NCBI RefSeq assembly: GCF_964204645.1
Contig: NC_134029.1
Span: 9,884,850-9,948,849 of the forward strand
Direction: 5' to 3'
Length of the DNA stretch: 64,000 bases
Source: Tubulanus polymorphus
Taxonomy: Eukaryota > Animalia > Nemertea
The notes under the pieces are model-generated. The model was given only the letters and a program-made list of their open reading frames with translations, did not search any database and was not told the origin of the DNA. A program made the position numbers and the translations under genes. Of the stretch, positions 1 through 12,136 are shown one piece after another (the stretch's first letter is position 1; each line of letters starts with the position of its first letter).

Positions 1-1285
1 TTACTTCATCCGCTTATGAGGTTATGTTTTGCCCTCGTTCATCTGTAAGCAAAATCTTATCCGTGTTGGCAAAATAACTCAAAAAGTTATAAACGTGTGA
101 AATCTTCTTCAAGAATTTCTCTTTACACGTCAAGTCTAAATCGGGATTTTGAATAAAAGATGCACCTCGTCATAATCTATATCTTTATGTCACTAAATCA
201 GGATTCCACTTGAATAAGATATTCCATTTTCAAGTGATTGCCCTTAATTAGATAGTAGTTTGATTCTACACACTGACTTTGAATCATCAAATTCAATCAT
301 CCAACTCGTATCCCTGGGAATTAAAATGTTGTCGCTAGAGTATGTATTCCTTCTTATGCTTTTGGTGATCACTGGCATAAGGAAGTAGCATTAGAATTGT
401 GAAATCGAATTCTTTCATGATCAACACGAGAATACTGACAAATTTTGTTGTGAAATTTAACTTTTTCTTACTTTTTTCCCTACATTCCTTAGAAAAGACT
501 CGGTGTAACCTACTGCAGTGTCCAGTCTTTGTTCTAAAGCTTCTAAAAATTTCAAGATTTTAGTATCGAACTTAAATTAAACGTATTTATTAAGTTCGGT
601 CTTTGGCGTGGATTTAAGCCGACCTGTGCGCTTCCGACCGCGGCGTGAACACCGAATCTGAATGATGGTAAAAATCCCCAAATCCGACAAAGACTGCCTT
701 GGATAGACCAAAGACCTACCAACGAAGTAGGTTATACTGAGCTTGTTCTTAATGGCACCTGTAATTTTTGCTCGTCGAGTTAAAAGGAATTTTCACGGTA
801 TCGGAAGGAAATGCCATCAATAACAAAACCGATGAGTACACTACAAAGGTTTCGTTTTTCTGGACGATTTGAGTGATTGATGTCGGTGCAAGTGTGTTCC
901 ATGCCGATTACGCAGAAACCAATTAAAACACCGTTAAAACTGCACTCTTAGACATTCCGAAGTTAATGAAGAAAACACCATAGAATACACGTGGGTTTTA
1001 ATTGTTGCAGGGTTATTTTCGTCGACAAATTCCTTATTCGAACAGGTTATCGAAAGGTAAACTAAGGAGATGAACAAACGTTTTATCAAGTAACCGGTAT
1101 ATGTAGGAATTAGACACCGGCATTTTATACAAATATATCTGGACCGACCCCACTATCGAATATGTATTATGTCAGCTATTCTAATAAATGTCTTAAAACT
1201 CCCGAATCAATTTTATCCCTTTAAAATATTCTTTTCTGAATTTGCATTATTTTATACCAATCCTTTAAATCTCATATATCTATAG

Positions 1286-4200
1286 CGGATGAACCAAGAG
1301 CTGCTGCAAAGCCTACTGACGGAAATTTGGGGCCACCTGGACCACCTGGCCCTCCGGGTCCACCAGGTGCTCCTGGCATAAAGGGTACGTGCAATAGACG
1401 CGTGTAAATGCGATAATCGGTCCTGACTTACGTCCTTTTTAGCAACCACTAATTGCATTATATTATATCATATAAACGAAATTAGGCCTAATGAGATCGT
1501 AGTCCAGTATAGTATTCGCTTTCTCTGACATTGTGCCGGTATGAGAATAAAATGCGCACGGATTTGCTGCCGAGCACAATGTGGATTCTCAACAGTAAGT
1601 CATACCCAATCTATCACGATATAGCCGTTGGTACCATAGCTAGTAATTCTAACGACTAGCTACGTTACTTCGAACCGGTCTCAGGAAAAGTCATTTTCTT
1701 CTACCTTAAATTAATCAGGCGACGACGGAGTACAAGGACCGATGGGTGCGAATGGTATCGATGGATTACCAGGACCAGTCGGACCGAAAGGCGAGCGAGG
1801 CGCAACCGGACGGCAAGGCAAACGAGGTGTGTATATAGACTGTTCCAAATAAGCGTGAGATTTTCAGCTTTGAAGATTTTTGGCTATGCCTTTAAACAGT
1901 ATTTATCATTAAGGCATGGCCCGAGACGTTCGATGATTTTATCTAGCATAGATGATGTGAATCTTCTTCTCAGCATGGAGCATTTTTGAGAATTTTGAAA
2001 ACTAAAAAGCATGAAATTTACTGTTTTCAATACTAATGCAGGTTCGCAAGGGCGGAAAGGCGAAAAAGGGCATCGCGGAATGAGAGGCTTAATAGGTTTC
2101 GAAGGACCAAGAGGTGTGGCATGTTAGAATTAGCTATGTATTAAGATGCACGCATTTAATCAAATAGATAAAAAAACGTAATTTAATTTGATATTGGATG
2201 GTTTTAAAGATTCTCAAAATTTAGTTCAAATTACAACTTTTCGAATACATTTCAAAATGTTCTTCATATCAAAGGTCATTCATTTCTTTTCAAATTCAAT
2301 TGACTATATTTGCCTGTAATATTCTAGGAACTGATGGTAAACCAGGTCCACTTGGTCCAGTGGGACATATGGGTTTGATGGGGCCACAGGGAAAACGAGG
2401 TCCGAGAGGACCACCAGGTACGTAGATCTCAATATCTTTTAGGGATGAATTTAGTAGAATCTCTACCTCTCATATCTAAATCATAATGAAAAATGTCTGG
2501 CCCTGAAATCTGAAATACGCTGATAGCCTGATACATAGTTGAAAGAAGTCAAACTGATGGTCATAGTGCATTTTATTGCTTGTTACATTTTTTATAACTG
2601 CAGAAGAAAGTTCGTAAAAATTACTGTATTTCTATTACCTCAAAGATTGTACATCTTAAAGCCCAAATGGAAGAATATACATTTTGCAAGGAAAATGACG
2701 TAAGACTAATGTATTTTATTTTCTACGTAACGAGCTTGAAAATATTGCGAAGCAGGAAAAATGTGAAGAATACGAATACTAATATTTATTGCGCTCCAAC
2801 CATTTCCATGGTATAATGGAGGAAAAAACATAATTTAGAATTAATGACATAAACGGTAGTAAAAGCTTTTAAAACTTGATAAACTGGGCTCATACTTATA
2901 TACATAATAAACTATTTTCAATACATATTACAACAAATATACTACCTGAGGGATTTATATACATCTAGACCTTGTTTGATAAATTAAGCCAAATTCAAAG
3001 TTGGATTTTAATAGATCTAAGTTCCGTAATGTATTTATATGAAAGTAGTTTCCATGGAATTCGGTAAGCAAATTACAATCGAAAATAAAAGGTAGTTCGT
3101 CTCCTAAAACGTTTCAGGCGGGGCATAGTCCATCGGTTCTGGGCAAATGAAGGTTTGATAATCTATTTACAGGTAGAAGATAAGATCCAATCCTTAATTG
3201 GAATAAACTGGTCACTAAATCGTCAACAAGCTGATTAATATATTTTTCAATTTTAATATTCTTCTTATATTGCCTAAAATTAATGTATAGCCAATAATTA
3301 TTCAACTTAAAAAATCTGTCGCTAGTACGTGCTGGTCACGGAGTATACATTTTCATTTCTTTGAGAATGTCATATAGTGTAAACTATTAATTGCTGAGTC
3401 CAAATATATGACAAACCGCATCAAAACCGTCATGAAAAAATGTGGCAGTCGAACGGTATTGTATAAAATAGCCATCATTACAGGATTTGACGTTTCACTA
3501 AGGGATTTTGACGGCCCATATGCATATGGTTGTAGAGCTTATAGTCAACGTTGCCGTTATACATGCTTGGGTTGAGTATCATTCTGGATTTGCTGGATTT
3601 TACTGGTTTGCCATCTAGGAACTGAAATCGAATCAGCACCGCACTATGGTCATCAATGGTCCTGAAATATTGGAAAGATTTTAACTACGGAAGCGTCCTG
3701 GGTCATAATTTAGGAAAAATAAAATTTTAATTTTTCGTCACGATACATCACATCATCTGAAATAAATATATTTTGATAGTTTCCCCCATTTTATGTCGAT
3801 TCATTATCTCAACATTAATTAATTTACGTTTGATAACAAATTTTGCCGATATTGTTTCGAGTTATCATCACGACATTAAATTCATTAACGATGAATAAAG
3901 TTTTGCTGATTTTATGTCGTTATTATCTCGAATTTTTATTTTCTATTTTTCGTAAATTATTGTATATCGATATAATAACTCAACACAAAATCCGGAACAG
4001 TTTTGATGAATCATAAATAATTTTGTGTTGAGATATATCTTAACGCAAAATCTGCAAAACTGTTTATCAATCATGAATGAAATTATGTCGAGATAATAAC
4101 TTGATAATAAATGAAACCTTTTTATTTTTCGTAAATGATGTACCCTAGACAGCAGTGAATCTAAATAAAAAATCGGATTTTGAGTTAAACAAGAACATTT

Positions 4201-7200
4201 CTGATTTAATGCCGATATTAATAACTCAATATGTGAAAGAATTGAAATTGAATGGTCACGTTTCCAATCGGACGAGGGGTCATATAATTCTGGTTCGGTT
4301 CGAGTTATTAGGTTATATCGAAGTTTCTCAATCGCGTGGAGTCATTATGCGCTGTGGAAACTTATGTAGAACGTATTTTTTTAAACTTCTTGGCTGTAAC
4401 CAGGACCCGATTCCATAGTTCTTGCTTAACGTTCGGGTTAACGCTCAAACTTTTTGACAATTTTGGAACTGAGCCCTGAGCGTAATTGATGTCATTACAA
4501 AATATGCAGGCACCAGTATAAACATACAATACCTTGCAATTTTGAATATTCTACTGCGATATTAATTCAAGTATTCATAAACCGCACTGCAAAATTTTCG
4601 TCCCCATCAGGCAGATTTAACAGTTACATAGTTAATGATTCCGTGAAAGTGACCATGTGCAATTACAAAATGTGCAAGGGTTACTAACACTAAAAATAAA
4701 GGAACTTAAAGAGATTAAAATCAAGTTAGCCTACATCCATCGAATCTAATGTTCATTCAGGATTCAACGGCACCGACGGCCTGCCTGGTCCGGTCGGTCG
4801 AATGGGTGACGTCGGCGAGCCAGGACAAATTGGACCCCCAGGACCATTGGGCCCGAAAGGGATGACCGGTAAACCAGGGCCTAGAGGACTTAAAGGTGAC
4901 CCAGGAACCTCGGCAAGTTCGTCTGGGTACTTTGCTGATATGCCGAACTGTACATGTAAGTTAGCGTGCTTGAAAAAAACAACAGCAACAATGAAATTGT
5001 TAGAAATTTGTTACCAATATTATTTTCTAAACATATCTATCAGGTAAAAAAGGCGAAAAAGGGCAACGTGGACTCATAGGATTTCGGGGATATCCCGGAA
5101 AAGAAGGTTTTTGCTTAAGATAAAAGCTTTCGATGTTGTCACCATATTTCCCCTGCATTAATCGATGTGAACAAATATGTATTAGAAATTAAATTCAAAT
5201 CTGACCATGACTGACAAAAGCTGTGAACGTACCCCGGTTTATGGACTTTTATAGGGTTCACTGATATAACTATAAGTTCATTGAGTTAACCCTATAGGAA
5301 TAAAATTAAAGCCGGTCTAGAAAACTGATCGTAGGAAACAAATACGAGTTCGTTATAACAGGGTCTACAGTATTTTTATAGTTCGTAGAACGTTGAGAGA
5401 AACCTGTAGAAGGGAGTGTGCGTGCTCAAAAAACCAAAATGATACAGCTTTGATTGTTCAGACTATAAACGTGATACATCTAGTTGTAACGGACTCGAAT
5501 CATCGCATGTTGCCAACAAAATCCTCGGATGATACAGATAAATGGTTCTAGAGTCTACTCTATAACAAGTCATTGCTAAAAATGTGTGTTGCACACTTCA
5601 ACCAAAACAAAAGTAAATTTTGTTATACGTTGTGCGTAGTTTAAAGAAACAGTTAATTCATCTAATGTTGTCCATTGTATCTATTTTGCATATCCATTTA
5701 TCATATTATTATCTATTTTCTATGTATCTATTTCATATTATCAATTTTGTTCAACTATCGTTACTTTTACAGGTCCCCCAGGCCCACCTGGACCTCCAGG
5801 TACGTAAACATTTAGATGATAATCTCACAGCATCTTGGCATTACAAGTTGGAAAGTCCCTTAACTAGGACTGAATAAAACAGAGAACATTGTTATTAATA
5901 TTCATATAGGGCCAGTGACGCATGGTTTGCCAGGAACGCGAGGGCCACGTGGTCACAAGGGTGAGAAGGGCGACAGAGGCCTCGACTGTAAGTAGGATAC
6001 ACGGTCATCAACGTTTCTGTTCGGTAGCATTCTAGATTCAGAGTTATTAATATACATATATTTCTAAGAAATGTTTTTCCTGTTCACGCGGCAGCGGTTC
6101 GAATCCCGCTAAAAATGAATGGATCAGCAAATAGGACATCGCCGTATCTGCACATTTATTTAATGTTTTTATGTTTGGTATGGTCATAAATGCAGGTAAA
6201 ATACGTATAAAAGTGTGTGTATGTTAATTGCCATCTTTCAAAACCAGTTTCAATTTTCAACGTTAAGTGTCGTAGGTCTAATTTTTGGTTCAGTATGTGT
6301 GTTTTTACCCCACAATACGTAGAGGAGATAAATGTGATATTGCCTAAATGAGCAATAAATGACCAAGTTCAAGCAAATTCATTCTCTATCAGGGGTTGAT
6401 TGTATATGAAAATTTTAAGCAAGTTATAATTCGACTCGGGTGTACCACCTTTTCTGGATTTTATATGACCACGTTTGTACTTAACATGTTTAATGTTTTC
6501 GTGACTGCTACGAAGACTTTGCGACTTCTCATCCGATTTCGATACTCCCCTTCTTAATTTAGCACGTTATATTTTACGTTCGTCATATGTTTTAATTTTT
6601 TCAAATGTTCGTTTTCGGCGTTATGGTACGATTTTGTACAGGTGGATTGGGTTTTTTAACTGAAAAATGCTAATCGTTTATTGGTACACGGTCACCGGTG
6701 ACTAGCATTTCCAGAGAATTTTCATAATATCCATGCGCCATCTATCGCACAACCTTCTTAGTATTTACGCTACTTTGTACTAAGTTGTTTCGAAATATAT
6801 TTTGTGGGTCAGTATTAATTGTTCTCTAATTGTGCGGGCTACCTAATTGCTACCTAAATCCATAATTTCTTTTATCCATGGGAATTTTACCATCAAATTC
6901 TCAGATAATCATCAGAACATACTGCAGAATTGAAAAGCAGGCTTTGTTAGGATTTCTGTATTTTATGAGATTTCTTTAAAATGAAAAACCATATAAATTA
7001 TGCTAATTAGGTCACGTGACGGACATAATTAGCGTGACAATTAATTTTTGAACACCAAAATGTTTGGCCACTTCGTTGCCCTCTCTGGGTTCAGTAACCT
7101 TTTCATAACTCTTATGGTATCTTTATACCAGGGGTTTTAGAAAATTCACCAACAATTTCTTCTGACTTCTGGCTCAGTACGGTGAGCGGGTATATGGCCA

Positions 7201-9053
7201 GTACTGAAAGGGTTAATGTTCAATCGTAAGAAAAAAACTGAGTTAAAATTGGAAACTACATGTAATTTATGTATAAGGATTTCACGATACATCAGTCTAC
7301 GAGTCCTGTACTTCTCCGTCCAGCTATACGTGTAGGCCTATAAGACTGCATTTTTCTACGGCCAATACGACGATAACTCAACTTTCAGCTCGTAAAAACG
7401 AGCTTTTGTATGACTTACCAAAAAGGCAACAAAAACGTGGGTCACACGTTAATCTTTGGACTCTTCTGTGATTCTATCGTGCAGAAACATACAAAAATAT
7501 CACTATAATGCATCAATTATTTTTTAGTGTTGACCATTAAACTTAGATGAATAATGTTTGATTTAAAAACTTTTTATATAATCTTTTTAATAGTTTGGTT
7601 ATTATTGGCAGATTGTCGTAGATGTATATGTCGGTTGAAAATTGAAACCTAAGCCAACAAAAATGATACCTTATTTCTCCTAATCGGCCGGGTCATCTTG
7701 TAAAATGCAACAAAATTTGTGATCAGTTCATTTCTAAAGCTGCCCGGTATGTTATGGTAAAATCGATCATTAAAAAACATTAATGTACAGGGTAGATGGG
7801 CGGCCGGCCGGGTGAATTTTCAAGCCAAGCAGAAATGAGAATCAAGGTATCAATTCTTCTTCCCTAAAATATTTTTCTGTCTGTAACTATACCAGAAAAT
7901 GGTTAGAAAAAATTTTCAATAAAAAATTACACAAGAAATTATTATATCAATATGTCCCAAGGATTGTCCGTTTGATGTGAGATGACCTAACATTCCAAAA
8001 TTATTTTCAGGTGGATCGACAGTAGCCCCTTACACAACCACAAGCGGTAAGCGAAAATAAATTCCAGCGTTTCCATAAAAACTGAAAAACTAGACAGGGC
8101 ACAAGTCACTTAGTTACTGTTAATGAGGAGTGAATATTCGATATTTTCATATTCTTTGCAGTTCCATTGACAACGACCATACCACCGACACTTGCTCCAA
8201 GAAAGAGAGGTAACAAATCTACGATATCTCATTTCAATCGTACATGCCTAAATGATCGATACGTATATACATGTACGCATGATCGATATTTTCAGAATGT
8301 AGAATACAACTAGTAGGAAAGCCCGTTTTTCAACGATACACGGGAATTTACTGGGGAGCCTGGATGAAAGACGCATCTCCGCCAAATGTGGCCGCGGCCA
8401 GTAAAGTATGGCTGACCAAACACTTTCACGGGCGATTTTTGCATGAATACAAAAATATGAATGACTTCATCGAAGATGAAGCTAGTAAAACATTTTCACT
8501 GCGGCATCGTTACCTCGGTACCGGCCACGTAGTGCACCGCGGTTCATTTTATTATCAAAGTTTCGGCGCGAACGTCGTGATCAAATTCAACTTGACCAGC
8601 GAAACGACCAGCGAAGTCGTAATACCGGATGCCGCCTATCGCAATCAAAAGTTCTTGTACAAAATGGAATACAACTATTTCGATTTTGCAATTGACGATA
8701 ACGGTTTATTCGTCATCTACGGCAGCAAAAGGAAAGAAAAGACGATGAAGGTGGTACAGCTTGATCCGGACACCCTTCAAATACTGGCCACTTGGAAACT
8801 GCGGCTGGATCACCGTCGCTACGGTAACGGTTTTGTAGTCTGCGGCATCCTGTATTTGATCAGAGACACGGAAACGCAGGACACTCAAATCAGCTACGCA
8901 TATGATTTGTATAAGAACGAAGAAATAACTGTCGACGTTCCGTTCTCAAATCCATTTGGCAAAAACAACATGGTGTCCTATTCGTACAGAGAAAATCGCA
9001 TTTACGCGTGGGACTTAGGAAATCAGTTGACCTATCCGTTACTGCTCGTCTGA
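1286..9053 (+). CDS. GLDN: Gliomedin/colmedin-like protein (collagen Gly-X-Y repeats + C-terminal olfactomedin domain), multi-exon, 5' end not identified
   Basis: AG/GT-bounded phase-1 exons at 1286-1384, 1719-1826, 2042-2113, 2328-2417, 4761-4955, 5044-5106, 5773-5799, 5910-5987, 8011-8046, 8162-8209 and 8296-9053 splice into one frame: Gly-X-Y repeats ([16 protein letters not shown]..), a Thr/Pro linker, then the OLF domain. The symbol is a family-level call, not proven orthology. Confidence 0.85.
3780..4125. repeat. Degenerate fold-back repeat built of ~60-bp subunits (intronic MITE-like)
   Basis: ttttg(c)..gat..tat(c)tc(g/a)a units at 3785-3935 are mirrored by tcgatataataact../gttgagatat..aaaatctgcaaaa units at 3965-4110. 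Confidence 0.45.
4761..4955 (+). CDS. Collagen exon of the gliomedin-like gene
   Basis: cag|GA..T|gtaagt; [34 protein letters not shown]...MPNCT. Confidence 0.9.
8296..9053 (+). CDS. Terminal exon encoding the olfactomedin domain
   Basis: Hallmark OLF motifs [68 protein letters not shown]. Acceptor tttcag ends at 8295. Confidence 0.93.
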
Positions 9054-9455
9054 TCCTCGCTTCCCAGCAACTTGTATTAAATACTTGGGCTGACCAGTTG
9101 TTTATAACTAGGTTTAAACTCAAATAGTTACTTATGACAATTGCGCACCAGCTGTCAATTTAAGAAGATAAGGTACTCAAGTAACAACATTGTCTTCAGG
9201 TGGTTTGAGGCGGCAAGCGAACCCATGCAATTGTTCGATGACACATGCTTTACAGAGACATAGTTTTTTTGTAGAAGCAAATTTGTTGATAGAGTACCGC
9301 CTTAACCTCCTTATTGCGCCGGAATATACAGGATCATAAAAAATCACTAGAGAAGTCTGTGATTGAAAATAACTGAAACATTTGATATATTGGCAAAGAC
9401 CAACAAGGATCACGCGGTTAAACTACGCAATGAATCGCGAGAGACGAGTAAAACA

Positions 9456-9750
9456 TAAATCCCACAATTACGAGATCGAAAAAGTTTTTAAAATATCGTA
9501 TTAAAATTTATTTAGGACCCGAATTTTCGGGCCCTATATTATATCTATCAACAAGAACGACCCACTATTGCCTCTCTGGTCACTTTTAGTTTTATATGCA
9601 ATAGTGTGTGTCGTTCTGGTTGATATTGTCATACTTGCAGTTATTCCTTGGAAAAGGTTTTTAATGTAAAACCGAAAATTCGGGTTCTCAATAAATTTGA
9701 ATAGTTTCGATATTTCAAAAGCTTTTTCGATCTCGTGATTGTGGGATTTA
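9456..9750. repeat. Long imperfect inverted repeat (MITE/fold-back)
   Basis: taaatcccacaattacgagatcgaaaaag...cccgaattttcgg (9457-9530) is the reverse complement of ccgaaaattcggg...ctttttcgatctcgtgattgtgggattta (9671-9750). Confidence 0.75.
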
Positions 9751-9890
9751 TATATTACCAACAAGGGTTAATTTTCGCCGGATAAAAACTCAATTCTTTC
9801 TAATGATATTCATGTGATGACAACTAATCATTACTACGATTGCCCCCATTGACTTCACTTGCCTCAGACGAAATCAATGTGCGCCGTTAC

Positions 9891-10627
9891 CAGGGGCGGA
9901 TCCAGGGTCCAATTATGGCTGCCCTAAGAAAAAGGGCACATTATAGGAATAACCCCAACGACCAGTAGCAGTCATTTTAAACGATTTTTTTTTTGTAAAC
10001 GACCGGACTGTAACATGATGCCATTTGCATTTCACTTTTTTTTCTGTGACTTTTTCAACGCGCCCGTAGCTACGAGTTTCACATGACAGGCACAAACTTT
10101 GCCAGAAAAGGGCACATTCCTGCGCAAAAAATTAAAGCAGAAAACAGATGCTCTATTTTGCCCACTTACAGTAAAAGTAAGATTCAGACAGCAAATTCTT
10201 TTCTGACAGCGAATTGCCTTTTTATTTGAAAGCTACCTTTTTCGGCATACTCTCTGAATGAATGTGCTTCAAGGCAGGAAAATTCTAAAGGTTCTTGAGA
10301 TGTTCTTACTTTTCTTCAATTTTGATGCCTTCAATTTTCAACACATCATATTCAGTACCAATATATTCTATTCTTATATGCCCTTTTCACACATTTAGGC
10401 TGCTCTTTCCAGAAAATACTCAATACGTGCGATTGAATAGTCGAAACACCATTCAGGACCCTAAAGAAACAATTGTTTGAGGCACACCCTCAGGACCATG
10501 TGCCTGAAAAGACATTTGAAAAGTTTTCAAATTCATCTCGAATGTTTTCTCCCTTGATCCAAGATGGGCATTGCGGATTTTTGAGAGCCTCACGTGAGGC
10601 ATGTGAGGTACCCTAAATCCGCCACTG
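9891..10627. mobile_element. Non-autonomous hAT-like MITE with 5-bp TSD
   Basis: TIRs CAGGGGCGGATCCAGG / CCCTAAATCCGCCACTG; GTTAC duplicated at 9886-9890 and 10628-10632. Confidence 0.75.
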
Positions 10628-11922
10628 GTTACAACCGAGGCAAGCGTAGTCCAATGTCCATAACTAAACCTGAAACCTGAAACAGGGCAACCCCTGTAGA
10701 GTGTAGACAGCTTTTGAGTTATGATGTAAATCTTTGGCAATAATCCGTCAATTCCTTCCATGCACGGAAATATAGTAAGTAGTAGGGATACTAATTAAAA
10801 TATTATTAAAAAGGTTTATTGTTACTATTACATGATCATTGTACGTAGAAAGTTGATAATTGTACAGAAAAATTACTTTTATAAATACAAGAATGCCTTC
10901 GGGATATAATAATCCCAGGACTGAAATATATCAGATTTCGCTTGATAACTGTAGACAATCATTTCAGATGGATGGAATAGTGGAGTACAGACATAGGAAC
11001 AGTGGCAAATATTCATTTTTGGAAAAGTGCCTCATTAAACACACTGATTTCACGATTTGAACGTCTTAAAAACGTACATGAAAAAATTGATCTTAAATAT
11101 GTAAAAGTTGTAAATTTTCCTCAGTGCAAGAGAACTCACAATTGTTCCCTACTAGATATACGGCTGCTCCAATCCAAATCATTTCCTATGGCCCTGGATC
11201 ACGACCAAGTACAATATACATACATACTTACAATCATATCCAAGATTTATGACACTGCAGTCAGATCCGCCTAATTCAGATCATTTATATCTGGATTTTC
11301 ATTCGGATATTATTTACAGCCCATTGATACATGAAAAATATGTATGTAAAATATGATCTTCAAACCAGATTTCTCATAAAATATAAATTGAATCAGTCCT
11401 AACTGACCCAAATTATCGTAAGCGGGTGATTTTCACCAAGTGTCGTGGTGATAGAACATCTACAGCCTGGCATTTGTAGACAAATTTTCTAATATCGAAT
11501 CCCTAGTTCATTTCCTAGTGATTTATAAATTAAAATGCAATACGTGAAATTGTGAACCCGAATAGATAAGAAAATCGGAAGAATATTGATATTAAGTATT
11601 GAACATCATAGGGAATCGTTCCGGGTAGCATGTGATTGATGGATGCCTACCACTACATAAAGACAGTCAGATAATTTCAACTAACTTGAACTCGAATTCC
11701 CAATGGATGACAAAAAAAAGAACTTTTACAAGTTTCAACATAATAAAATTTATTCTGTCTTTATATTCTTCATGCACTATCTCTGAGACATCAGAAGCGA
11801 TATGAAACAACGCATCTCTCATACCAGATCAGCTGTGAAGTTGATTCGCTACTTTTCCGAGGACCACTTTGGTACAGTTCTCATTCTCGTAGATAATCCC
11901 GATGTAATTTAACAATTTCCTA

Positions 11923-12136
11923 TCAATCTTCCTCATCACGTCTGCGTATATTCCGAGAACCGGCCATTTTGCGTTTTTTAAAACTAACCGGCTCTGTGAT
12001 AGCTTTAGCATTTTTTGATAAAGTTACTATTTTCTCTTTAAATTTGAATTTTGGAATATCTGGAGGTGAAGCCGACTGTTGAGGTGGGGCATTTACTTCA
12101 TAATTCGATTTTGGTAGCTGTAAATCTGGTAATTTC
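11923..12136 (-). CDS. WBP4: WBP4 terminal exon
   Basis: KLPDLQLP..FKFKEK..VSFKKRK..RNIRRRDEED*; AATAAA on - near 11749-11754. Confidence 0.85.

Noticed and set aside
6085-6112. tRNA-like T-arm GGTTCGAATCC
   Set aside because: No acceptor, D or anticodon arms; at most a SINE B-box remnant.
7195-7216. piggyBac-like right end GAAAGGG|TTAA
   Set aside because: No matching left TIR found, so no element boundaries can be given.
7612-7623. Possible 12-nt in-frame microexon (YCRR) of the gliomedin-like gene
   Set aside because: Weak splice context and the model is in frame without it; needs RNA evidence.
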